This document shows, in pieces, positions 36,909-45,543 of a DNA stretch of 64,000 nt. Below the pieces are notes generated by a model. It did not search any database and was not told where the DNA came from. It saw only the letters and a list, made by a program, of their open reading frames with translations. Each line of letters starts with the position of its first letter. Position 1 is the first letter of the stretch. This DNA comes from Pseudoclavibacter sp. (lineage in GTDB: Bacteria > Actinomycetota > Actinomycetes > Actinomycetales > Microbacteriaceae), in the NCBI GenBank assembly GCA_052099095.1, contig JBQDTF010000008.1, positions 26,164 to 90,163 of the forward strand. Direction: 5' to 3'. The position numbers and the translations under genes are program-made.

Positions 36909-37763
36909 ATGGTGATGGGTGAAGAGGCTGGCGAGAACTGCAACGATTTCGGGTGGACACCTACCGGGAGTGTTGATCCGTCCTTGGTCGCGGAGGTCAC
37001 ACAACACTCCAGATACGGGGCGGGTCGCGCCTGGTCGACGCGAGCGAGCTACACGCTCGCGAAAGCGCCGAAACGCGTGTATCTGGTGCACACAGTCGAG
37101 GGTGGGTTCAACTTCACTGTGGACGGGAAAACGGAGGTCACCGAGCCTGGACAACTGGTGCTGCTTGACGGAGATGCGCCGACAACCGCGCGCACTATCG
37201 CCGAGACGGCTCGGTTCGTCTGGTACTTCGAACCGACTTTCCTCCAGCCGGGCAAGACCCGCTTCGGGTTCCATGACCCCATCGCAGTGCGCAACGCGTC
37301 GATTCGGGCGCTGATGGCGATGACGAACTCCATCCTCAATGCTGAGTCGCCGGTCACTCGCAATGCGCAAGCGCATCTCGGGATCGCCATGGAACACCTC
37401 GTCGCCGGGGCGCTCGACGAAACCGGCGTTCTGGAGGATCGCAACGCGTCGATGCACCGTGACGGCCTGTTCACCTCTGCGCAGCTCGTCATCGAGTCGC
37501 ACTTCCGGAACCCAGGATTCAACGCGCAACAACTTGCGAAAGAACTCTCCGTGAGTACGAGAACGGTCTACGTGGCGTTCAGCGCGTTCGGGACTTCCCC
37601 GCGCCGAGAAATCGAGCGTCGACGCCTGAGTGAGGTCGAGCGCCTGGCCGAGCGCGTGCCCTTGACGACACAGAACGCCGAGTCGTTCGGTTTCACGTCC
37701 ATGCGCCAGTACCGGCGTGCCGTGGACCGGTCGGCGCTCCCCTCCCCCGATCCCGAGGGTTAG
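36909..37763 (+). CDS. AraC family transcriptional regulator
   Basis: C-terminal FNAQQLAKELSVSTRTVYVAFSAFGTSPRREIERRRL. Start is ATG 36909 or TTG 36900. Confidence 0.85.
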   Translation: MVMGEEAGENCNDFGWTPTGSVDPSLVAEVTQHSRYGAGRAWSTRASYTLAKAPKRVYLVHTVEGGFNFTVDGKTEVTEPGQLVLLDGDAPTTARTIAETARFVWYFEPTFLQPGKTRFGFHDPIAVRNASIRALMAMTNSILNAESPVTRNAQAHLGIAMEHLVAGALDETGVLEDRNASMHRDGLFTSAQLVIESHFRNPGFNAQQLAKELSVSTRTVYVAFSAFGTSPRREIERRRLSEVERLAERVPLTTQNAESFGFTSMRQYRRAVDRSALPSPDPEG

Positions 37764-37803
37764 TGCCTTTGGATGTTCGACGAGTACGGAGCTGACGGAT
37801 TCA

Positions 37804-37829
37804 CCCTTGCGACCCAAGGGTCGCAAGGG
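37804..37829 (+). terminator. Hairpin after the AraC gene
   Basis: cccttgcgaccc-aa-gggtcgcaaggg (near-perfect 26-nt palindrome). Confidence 0.5.
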
Positions 37830-37835
37830 TGGGCT

Positions 37836-38123
37836 TCTCAGAAATCATTAGGTTTTCGAGACACGGTGGCCGCTTGGTGGGTGGCGAGACCGCTCCCCGA
37901 GCGACTTGCATCTGGTCGGTTCCGGCAGGCGGCATGTCTCAAAATCTCCCTGTCGCGAAACCCATGGGTTTTGCGACGAACCTGGTGGTGGCGGGGAAAG
38001 TGGGAGCCTCGCACCCGCAGTACGAGGCTCCACGCGTCTGGCCCGGCTCAAACGGACTGCCACTCTCTCCATACTGCGGGCAGGACGCCCCCGTGAGGAT
38101 TGGAGGACGCCTTGGGTGGACGC
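37836..38123 (+). repeat. R2 repeat, full composite copy (A module + core palindrome + B module)
   Basis: A: tctcagaaatcattaggttttcgagacacgg...ggcatgtctcaaaatctcc. Core: gtcgcgaaacccatgggttttgcgac. B: ..gggagcctcgcacccgcagtacgaggctcc..ggctcaaacgg..ctgccactctc..ctgcgggcagg. Confidence 0.8.
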
Positions 38124-38250
38124 TAGGAGTGGTATCGGTTACTCATCTGCGCTAAGACGCACCCCCGCCTGCCGCGAGAAGGGGCGTCTCGGCGAGCGCC
38201 GAAAGAAGCCACCGCGCGCTATCCCGAAGACCCCACAGTCGCGCCCAACC

Positions 38251-38286
38251 GCCGTAACTATACCTTTCGTAAGGTATAGTTACGGC
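38251..38286. promoter_or_regulatory. Perfect 16-bp inverted repeat (candidate TetR operator) abutting the MFS start codon
   Basis: gccgtaactatacctt-tcgt-aaggtatagttacggc, immediately followed by GTG 38287. AT-rich relative to its surroundings. Confidence 0.65.
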
Positions 38287-39804
38287 GTGACGAACCAAAC
38301 GCATTCCGCTCCCAGGAGCATCTCGAAGACGCACCGCTGGGCACTTCTGGCGACGGTGAGCGCCGGCCTCCTGCTGATCGCACTCGACAACTCGATCCTC
38401 TACACCGCCCTCCCGACACTGACGGAAGAACTCGGCGCCTCGCCGACTCAGGGCTTGTGGATCATCAATGCCTACCCGCTCGTGATGGCCGGGCTGCTGC
38501 TGGGTTCCGGCACGCTCGGTGATCGCGTCGGCCACCGCAAGATGTTCCTCATCGGGCTTGTTATCTTCGGGCTCGCATCGCTGATGGCGGCGTTCTCTCC
38601 GACCGCCGGCCTGCTGATCGCGGCTCGCGCGATCCTGGCTGTCGGGGCCGCGATGATGATGCCGGCGACGCTTGCGCTGCTGCGCGCAACGTTCACGGTC
38701 GAGCGGGAGCGCAACATCGCCATCGCGATCTGGGGCATGATCGCGGTCATCGGGTCGGCCCTAGGCCCCATCGTCGGCGGCGCGCTGCTCGAGTTCTTCT
38801 GGTGGGGTTCAGTGTTCCTCATCAACGTGCCCGTCGTGATCGCGGCGCTCATCGCCACACCGATCTTCGCTCCGACCAACGACCCCGACCCGTCCAAGAA
38901 GTGGGACCTCATCTCCTCGCTGCAGGTGATGGTCGGTCTCGCCGGCACGGTCTTCGCGATCAAGGAGCTCGCGCACATTCCCCAGAACTGGCCGCTCTTT
39001 GCGGCGTCCGTCGTGGCAGCCGCCATCGGCTTCACCCTGTTCGTGCGGCGTCAACGGCGCCTGGAGCAGCCACTGCTCGAGTTCTCCGTCTTCAAGAACG
39101 CAGCTTTCACCTCCGGGGTGCTCGCGGCGGCGTTCGCGATGTTCGCGATCGGTGGCATGCAGCTCACGACGACGCAGCGTTTCCAGTTCGTGGAGGGCTT
39201 CACGCCCCTCGAAGCCGGCTTGCTCGTCGCAGCCGTAGCCGTCGGGTCCCTCCCGATGGCGCTGTTGGGCGGGGCGTTCCTTCACGTCATCGGCCTTCGC
39301 ATCCTCATCGGCGGCGGCCTGGCGCTGAGCGCGCTGGGTGTCGCCGTCACGATCTTCGGCCTGAACGGCAGCTTCGGCTGGTTCGTGGCGGGGCTCCTCG
39401 TGACCGGTGCCGGCGCGGGTGCGGCCATGTCCGTCGCGTCCAGCGCGATCATCGGCAATGTTCCCGTTCGGCGCGCGGGCATGGCTGCATCCGTCGAGGA
39501 GGTCTCCTACGAGTTCGGGAGTCTGACCGCGGTCGCCGTCCTCGGCAGTCTCCTGACCCTCATGTACACAGCGACGGTGTCGCTGCCCGAGGGGGCTCCG
39601 GATGCCGCCCGTGAGAGCATCGCCGAGGCTCTCGCCAACGGTGACCCGGCCATCATCAACGCCGCTGGCAGCGCGTTCGATGCCGGCTATCTGCTGGTCC
39701 TGATCGTCATCGCGGCAGTGCTCGCGGTGGGCGCGACGATCACGACCTGGATGCTCCGCCGCTACGGGCCCGGCAGCCAATCGCAGCTGCACTCCGGCCA
39801 CTGA
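38287..39804 (+). CDS. MFS transporter, DHA2 (EmrB/QacA, 14-TMS) type
   Basis: LDNSILYTALPTL..., GTLGDRVGHRKMFL (motif A). About 14 hydrophobic segments. GTG 38287. Confidence 0.85.
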   Translation: MTNQTHSAPRSISKTHRWALLATVSAGLLLIALDNSILYTALPTLTEELGASPTQGLWIINAYPLVMAGLLLGSGTLGDRVGHRKMFLIGLVIFGLASLMAAFSPTAGLLIAARAILAVGAAMMMPATLALLRATFTVERERNIAIAIWGMIAVIGSALGPIVGGALLEFFWWGSVFLINVPVVIAALIATPIFAPTNDPDPSKKWDLISSLQVMVGLAGTVFAIKELAHIPQNWPLFAASVVAAAIGFTLFVRRQRRLEQPLLEFSVFKNAAFTSGVLAAAFAMFAIGGMQLTTTQRFQFVEGFTPLEAGLLVAAVAVGSLPMALLGGAFLHVIGLRILIGGGLALSALGVAVTIFGLNGSFGWFVAGLLVTGAGAGAAMSVASSAIIGNVPVRRAGMAASVEEVSYEFGSLTAVAVLGSLLTLMYTATVSLPEGAPDAARESIAEALANGDPAIINAAGSAFDAGYLLVLIVIAAVLAVGATITTWMLRRYGPGSQSQLHSGH

Positions 39805-39829
39805 CACCGAGTCTCGAAAGGACGCACCT

Positions 39830-40426
39830 ATGCGCACCAGCAAGCGAGAGCACATCCTCGACGCCGCCTACCGAGTGATCGAACGCGAGGGCGTGACGGC
39901 CCTCACCTACGATTCCGTCGCCGCCGAGGCGGACCTCACGAAGGGCGGCTTGCTCTACCACTTCCCTTCGCGTGAGGCGCTCATCGTCGCGATCCACGAG
40001 CACCGCGCGGCCCTGTGGGAGGCTCAGCTCGAGTCGGCGCTCGGCTCGTCGCCAGAAGGGGCGTCGGCGCAGGAGAAGCTCGCCGCGTACGCACGGGTCG
40101 CGATCCACTCCTCGCACCGCAGCGAACTTCTTCTCATGCTCGAGACCTCCAACGATCCCGCACTAAACCGCATCTGGACGGACGTGCTCGACCGGTGGGC
40201 ACCCGACAGCCCGGCCACTCCCCCGACAGGCCCCGAGCTCGAGCAGTTCGTCGCCCGCTTGGCCGCCGACGGCCCCTGGCTCTACGAGGCGCTTACGCAC
40301 ACCCCGCTCCCGCGGGACGTGCGCGAGCACGTGGCCAACCACCTGGCAGATCGGATCCAGGCCGCTGAACGCCAGGAGCCAGCTGACAGGCGAACGCACA
40401 CTCCCGCGGAAGGGCCGACGTCATGA
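39830..40426 (+). CDS. TetR/AcrR family transcriptional regulator
   Basis: REHILDAAYRVIEREGVTALTYDSVAAEADLTKGGLLYHFPSREAL. Confidence 0.9.
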   Translation: MRTSKREHILDAAYRVIEREGVTALTYDSVAAEADLTKGGLLYHFPSREALIVAIHEHRAALWEAQLESALGSSPEGASAQEKLAAYARVAIHSSHRSELLLMLETSNDPALNRIWTDVLDRWAPDSPATPPTGPELEQFVARLAADGPWLYEALTHTPLPRDVREHVANHLADRIQAAERQEPADRRTHTPAEGPTS

Positions 40427-41778
40427 CCACGACGAACGGTTCGGATGCGCCGCTTCACTCCCCCTACTTGCCTTTTGATCCCGAGGTGTCGCTGTACAGC
40501 AGCTCTCTCGGTAGCTTCACCCCCTACGAGTTCTCCGATTTCCGAACGGAAGAAGAGTCGTGGAAGACCAGCGCCTACCTCCACGCCGGCCTGAACCCAC
40601 CCATGCCACATCGACTCAGCGGGCCAGGGGCGCTCGAGCTGCTGCGCGATGCGTGCATCAACGACTTCACCAGGTTCTCCATCGGCGCGTCCAAACACGC
40701 GGTCATGTGCAACGAGAACGGTCGGGTCATGGCCGACGGCATGGTGCTGCGCACGGGCGAGGACGAGTTCATCAGCTTCTTCCTGACTCCCTACCTCGAC
40801 TACCTCGTCGCTGCGGGCCACTACGACGTGGTCGGGGAAGACCTCAGCGCCGACCTGTTCCTGTTCCAGGTCGGCGGCCCAGGTTCGCTCGAGGTCATCC
40901 AATCCGCGACGGGTGACGACTTCCGTGACCTCGACTTCATCTGGCACCGCATGGCGAACATCCCGCACCCCGACACGCAGGAGCCGCTGCCCGTGCGCAT
41001 CTTCCGGCTGGGTGTAGCTGGGACCCTCGCCTATGAAGTACACGGCCGCACCTCGGACGCGCCGGACGTCTACCGGGCGCTGCTCCAGGCAGGCCAGGAC
41101 ATCGAAATCAAGCGCCTCGGGCTCCGCGCATACGGGCTCAATCACACGCAGAACGGATTCGCGCAGTCCTATCTGCACTTTCTGCCCGCGTACACGGAGG
41201 ACCCGGACTTCATGAACTTCCTCGGCGTCACCTCGGAGACCGCGTTCCCTTCCCTGCCCGGCAGCGCAGGCCCGGATGTCTCGAAGCGATACTTCACCCC
41301 CAAGGAGCTCGGCTGGCAGCACATGATCGACACCAGTCGAGATTTCCGCGGGCGAGACGCCCTCGAATCCTCCCCAGCAACCCGCGGACCGGTCACGCTC
41401 GTCTGGAATCCGGATGACATCCTCGCGGTCTACGCGTCGCAGTTCCAGCCCGGGAACGAGGCCCAGTTCATGGACTTCCCCGCCAACCCCATCTGGACCG
41501 GCCAGAACTCCGTCGTCTTCAGCGACGACGTCCTCGTCGGCGGCGAACTGGTCGGGATCTCCAGCGGACGTGGGTTCAGCAGCACCTACAGCGCGATGCT
41601 GTCGCTCGCAATCATCGACCACGCGCATGCCCAAGTCGGCACCGAGGTCGAGGTCATCTGGGGAGATCCGGGCACACGACAGAAGCTGATTCGCGCGACC
41701 GTCGCCCAATATCCGATGCTGCATCTCCCCAAAAACCGGAACATCGACACGGCCGGGACCGACTTCCTGCTCCACTGA
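40423..41778 (+). CDS. Aminomethyltransferase (GcvT) family protein, LigM/DesA-like tetrahydrofolate-dependent aryl O-demethylase
   Basis: By-eye alignment to remembered Sphingobium LigM: EFSDFRTEEESWKTSAYL vs EFSNWRTEQWAWRNSAVL; RDFRGRDALESSPATRGPVTLVWNPDDILAVYASQF vs [38 protein letters not shown]. ATGA overlap with the TetR gene. Confidence 0.7.
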   Translation: MTTTNGSDAPLHSPYLPFDPEVSLYSSSLGSFTPYEFSDFRTEEESWKTSAYLHAGLNPPMPHRLSGPGALELLRDACINDFTRFSIGASKHAVMCNENGRVMADGMVLRTGEDEFISFFLTPYLDYLVAAGHYDVVGEDLSADLFLFQVGGPGSLEVIQSATGDDFRDLDFIWHRMANIPHPDTQEPLPVRIFRLGVAGTLAYEVHGRTSDAPDVYRALLQAGQDIEIKRLGLRAYGLNHTQNGFAQSYLHFLPAYTEDPDFMNFLGVTSETAFPSLPGSAGPDVSKRYFTPKELGWQHMIDTSRDFRGRDALESSPATRGPVTLVWNPDDILAVYASQFQPGNEAQFMDFPANPIWTGQNSVVFSDDVLVGGELVGISSGRGFSSTYSAMLSLAIIDHAHAQVGTEVEVIWGDPGTRQKLIRATVAQYPMLHLPKNRNIDTAGTDFLLH

Positions 41779-41843
41779 ACAGCGGTCCCCATGTAGAGGG
41801 CGATCGGGTAGAGGTTCCGGCGCGGTTGGCTGTTCTGAGGTTC

Positions 41844-42020
41844 GTGAGACATCTCAAAACCCATGGGTTTCGCGACAACCCTGGCGGCGGTGAAGGTAGG
41901 CGGGAGCCTCGCGCCCGCAGCACGAGGCTCCACACATCTGGCCTGGCTCAAACGGGCTGCCACTCTCGCCATGCTGCGGGCAGGACGCCCCCGCACTGGC
42001 GAGAAGCACTTTGGGTTGAC
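41844..42020 (+). repeat. R2 repeat, core + B module
   Basis: gtgagacatctcaaaacccatgggtttcgcgac + ..gggagcctcgcgcccgcagcacgaggctcc..ggctcaaacgggctgccactctcgccatgctgcgggcagg.. Confidence 0.8.
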
Positions 42021-42138
42021 TCAGGGGCGTTACCGACCACCATCGTGGCGTGGTGCATATACATCGGAGTTTCCGCGCCAATTCGGTGCAGACGAGCAAC
42101 TCTTCGAGATGCAGTAAGCCGCGCTAGCTGATGATGGG

Positions 42139-43872
42139 TCAGACGTTTTCTCCACCACTCGAAAGTCCATCGATCTGGTCAAGCACTGCCTCAGTTATCT
42201 CTCTGCAACGTGTGGCGTTCTTGAATAGGCTGGCGAGGTAGTTCTCGGCGAATTTCTGTGCGACTACTTGGATCACTACGACGTAAGCAAGTTCCGTTGC
42301 CTTGCCGAGATCCTTCAATGCAGTTTGGAACTGTGATTCGTCTCCCCCGATGATGCCGTGGCCCAGGGACCGGAAAGCGAGGTGTGCAATCAGGCGATTG
42401 CCATGAATGCCAATAAGTTTCTCACGTCCGTCGAGGCCAGAACGAGTCTCGGCGATTGACTCATCGATGACGCGTAGGCACTGGACCGCGTGCCACAATG
42501 TCGTCTCTGAGAGGGCCGAGTTGAACAGCTGTCGATACTGGCTACCGGGCTTGGGGGTCTCTGCGCCCGCCCATAGGCGGCCCACTTCTCGTTTGGCCTG
42601 AACTGCATACTCAGGGTCACGTTGGGCGCAGGCCAGTGCAAGCGTCGCCTCTTGGACCGTGAATCCAGATGTGCGCGTAGGTGCCTCTGATCCACTTTTG
42701 ATCGCATAGGTGATGCCTTCTAAAGCAAGGGCAGACGCCAAGCGCTCTTGTTCGGGGTCGAGGGAAACAAAGTCCCGTCGTTCAACGCGATTTTGAGTGT
42801 TCGTGCCACGAGTGACTTCAGCAGCGAATCCGGGAGGACAGTTCTCCAGAGAGATGAAACGCACTGTGACGCGTGCGTCAGCAACGGTTTCGGGGTTTTC
42901 TTTCGCAAGTTCGCCAATACTACCCACTGTTTGAGCACCGTTGACCACAGAAACCTCGCGGAACTCGAAGTGGCCACTCTTGCGCGTATTCGCGCCCAAG
43001 GCCTTTTTTCCAATGGAATTGCAGAGGACCGTAATTCCGTTGTTGAAGAACCAGAAGTGTTGCGGGTCCTCTTGCAGTGTTTGCCTGATCGAGTCGTTCA
43101 CTTCTGAGTCGGCTCCGAGAAATTGTCTGATGTTGTCGTCGAAAAGACGTACGCCGTTCTGGTGATACCAGGATGCGACTTGGGATGCCTCGACTTGCCC
43201 ATAGAAAGCCTGGTAAGGCTCGTTTACCGAGCCCCAGTCGTAGATGTCTGCCGCGATGTTCGGTCGCGGACCGGACGCTGTCTGCCGAAGTAGAGTGTGA
43301 ATCTCAGCTTGAGAGTAAGTCGAGAAGGAGACTGTCTCGATTGGATCATTCATGTCCCCAAGGAGATTCCTAATTATCGTTTCCGCTTCATTGGATACCT
43401 TTTGAGTGCCGGTGTATGCCAGAACCAGTACGATCCTCAAATCAACGTCTTCCAAGGATCGTTCGATGTCAGAACGATGGTTCCTCATCTTAGCGTTGAA
43501 GCTATCCCAGTTAGCATTCACCAGGTCCCGGACGCCTTGTACGAACTTGTGGACCTCGCCAAGCGCAGGGGCTTTGGTGCCTCCTTTAGTCCATTTGGTT
43601 TGCACTATGTGTATGGTCTTGGCGTCGTGATCTGTCCACACAGCGTCGATGCCGTTGTCACCAAAACCATCTGTGACAGCGCCGGCCGCCTTCTGATCAG
43701 TGATGCCGCAGAGGCGGACCAGCATCCAGGCGGCCAGGCCACGCGTAAGTCGAGCGTCCTCAAGGTTCTCGGGTTTGACATCCGTCAAGTCCACTAGCGA
43801 TCCAACACTGGATCGAATGTTCTTGCTGATTTGGTTTAGTTGCACGTCTCCCATGGTGAGCAGAATACCCAC
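42139..43872 (-). CDS. AIPR-family abortive-infection/phage-resistance protein
   Basis: N-terminal GDNGIDAVW...IHIVQTKW (PD-(D/E)xK-like D...QxK) and FWFFNNGITVLCNS block remembered as typical of AIPR (PF10592). Gene is markedly AT-shifted versus its neighbours. Confidence 0.65.
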   Translation of the reverse strand: MGILLTMGDVQLNQISKNIRSSVGSLVDLTDVKPENLEDARLTRGLAAWMLVRLCGITDQKAAGAVTDGFGDNGIDAVWTDHDAKTIHIVQTKWTKGGTKAPALGEVHKFVQGVRDLVNANWDSFNAKMRNHRSDIERSLEDVDLRIVLVLAYTGTQKVSNEAETIIRNLLGDMNDPIETVSFSTYSQAEIHTLLRQTASGPRPNIAADIYDWGSVNEPYQAFYGQVEASQVASWYHQNGVRLFDDNIRQFLGADSEVNDSIRQTLQEDPQHFWFFNNGITVLCNSIGKKALGANTRKSGHFEFREVSVVNGAQTVGSIGELAKENPETVADARVTVRFISLENCPPGFAAEVTRGTNTQNRVERRDFVSLDPEQERLASALALEGITYAIKSGSEAPTRTSGFTVQEATLALACAQRDPEYAVQAKREVGRLWAGAETPKPGSQYRQLFNSALSETTLWHAVQCLRVIDESIAETRSGLDGREKLIGIHGNRLIAHLAFRSLGHGIIGGDESQFQTALKDLGKATELAYVVVIQVVAQKFAENYLASLFKNATRCREITEAVLDQIDGLSSGGENV

Positions 43873-44567
43873 AAGCGAGAGTTCGCGAGACCATGACCGT
43901 CCTCGTGTTCCGAGTCACAGAAAATTCCCCGGGTGTAGGCATGGGTGAACACTCGTATTTAAGTATCGTGTTTACGCGCCCTGGCTCTCTGATCCGATGT
44001 ACTCACATTTTGCACGCACACCCAGGGCACATGTCTCCCTGCGCCATGCGCAGGATTCGACGGCTGCTAGGTACAAGTGCTTTTAGGTCCTACTGAGCGG
44101 GCCAGTGTCCGCTAGCCGGGCAGCACTGACATGAACGCCGGCAGTATCAACCACATCAGGCCGACCGTTGCCACTGCGCCCACCAGCGGCAGCACGAGGC
44201 CTGCCCGTCTGTTACTTTCACGTCCGGCCTCGACACGATTCGCGTCAATGACGGCATCCGACGCCCGGAGCAGCCCGTCTACGAGCTCCAACGACCTCGC
44301 CGCTGACCGGCCCGGCTAGCGAAGACGGCCAGCGGCAATCCCCTTCCGTAAGCCCGCAAGCTCTCCCAGAGGCCTCCCAGCCTGTCCGCGACCGTAGGTC
44401 ATGCCTGAGAGCACAGTCAACACTTCTGCATCGCTCGCTGTCGCCCTGAGCTGGCCGTTACTCGGGAACACGCGGCCCTCCCAGAACGCACGAGCCCCCC
44501 TCTCTCCCTCCGGCTCCCCCCAGGCGCGCGAGCGCATCCGCAAACCTGCCGCGTCCCGTCGCGTCGC

Positions 44568-45005
44568 TCATCGCGTCATCGCCTCATCCTTCGAGCGCAC
44601 GTCGAGCTGCTGCACGCGCTGGCGCGTGACGCCGAGCGCCTGCGCGACCGCCTCGACGGGATAGCCCTCGTCGCGGAGCTTGTGTACTGCACCACGGCGG
44701 AGCAGCGCTGCACGCTCGAGAACTTGACGTCCCTCAGCCTCGGCCGCGATCCCCTCGGCCCACAGCTTCGTGACTGACTCGGCGGCGTCGATGCGCACCG
44801 TCACGTCTACCTCGCTCGGTTCAACGTCGAGCCACACCGACGCGAGTTCGTGGGCTGCTTTCGCGACACCGCGCCAGGTGGTCGCGGAACCCGTCGCGGT
44901 GATGGTGCGGCCACCGGGGCCGGCCGATGTGAGCTCAGGAATGCGGATGGTCCACCAGCCATCAGTGTCTCGACTGACGAGCGCTTCGAGAGTGCGTGTG
45001 CTCAT
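44568..45005 (-). CDS. HicB-like antitoxin-fold protein with a C-terminal HTH
   Basis: ATG 45005. LEALVSRDTDGWWTIRIPEL.. resembles a HicB N-terminal domain. C-terminal GYPVEAVAQALGVTRQRVQQL is an HTH. No HicA partner found. Confidence 0.5.
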   Translation of the reverse strand: MSTRTLEALVSRDTDGWWTIRIPELTSAGPGGRTITATGSATTWRGVAKAAHELASVWLDVEPSEVDVTVRIDAAESVTKLWAEGIAAEAEGRQVLERAALLRRGAVHKLRDEGYPVEAVAQALGVTRQRVQQLDVRSKDEAMTR

Positions 45006-45201
45006 GGTCAGAACTCCTCTCAGTTCCAATTCTTCGGCGTCTCGGAAAACACCTGCTATAGCTGGCGAACGATCCCCGACGACGTCGACACGACCGCGCA
45101 GACGCGGATCGGAGCCACGCCACGGTGCTGACGCCGTCATGTGCATCTGGGGCCGACGCCCAAGGAGTGAGAAACAAACTGCACACGGCGCTACATCCGT
45201 A

Positions 45202-45354
45202 TCTGAAAACATAAGGTTTTCGAGACACGGCAGCCGCCAGTTGATGAAGAAACCGCCTCCGAGGAACTCGTGTCTGTGAGATCGGCGCCGGGGCCGGTCT
45301 CAGCAGGCGGAATGTCTCAAAACCTCCTTGTCGCGAAACCCATGGGTTGTGAGA
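45202..45354 (+). repeat. R2 repeat, A module + core
   Basis: tctgaaaacataaggttttcgagacacgg...ggaatgtctcaaaacctcc ttgtcgcgaaacccatgggttgtgag. Confidence 0.8.
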
Positions 45355-45543
45355 ATTTCCACCGGTTGTCACGGATTCCGCCGATGTCAGTCGCGGCAAT
45401 ACGCGGCGGAAAATTCGCGACGCTAGATGCGTGCGCCCATGTACCAGGTTGAGGTGTCAGCCCGTCGTGAGATCAGCGTTCCGGGGGCTGTGCGGGATCG
45501 CCTTGAGGGGTGTGTCACCGTCGGTAGGGCGAGGTTGTCTCGA

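Noticed and set aside
37976-38123. R2 B module as a cobalamin riboswitch (contains GGTGAAGG...CCCGCAG...GCTGCCACTCTC, vaguely like the B12 box GCCACTG)
   Set aside because: The B12-box match is imperfect and the other conserved cobalamin-riboswitch segments are not identifiable. The copies occur downstream of, or between, unrelated genes rather than in 5' leaders of B12-related genes.
44316-44543. 75-aa ORF downstream of the HicB-like gene as a possible toxin partner
   Set aside because: It has a TTG start, no HicA-like motif (no dsRBD-like GSH block) and the wrong gene order for hicAB. It may be non-coding.
45006-45201. Search for a HicA toxin gene upstream of the HicB-like gene
   Set aside because: There is no ORF with a HicA-like sequence. 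The region is only about 195 bp and runs into the R2 repeat.
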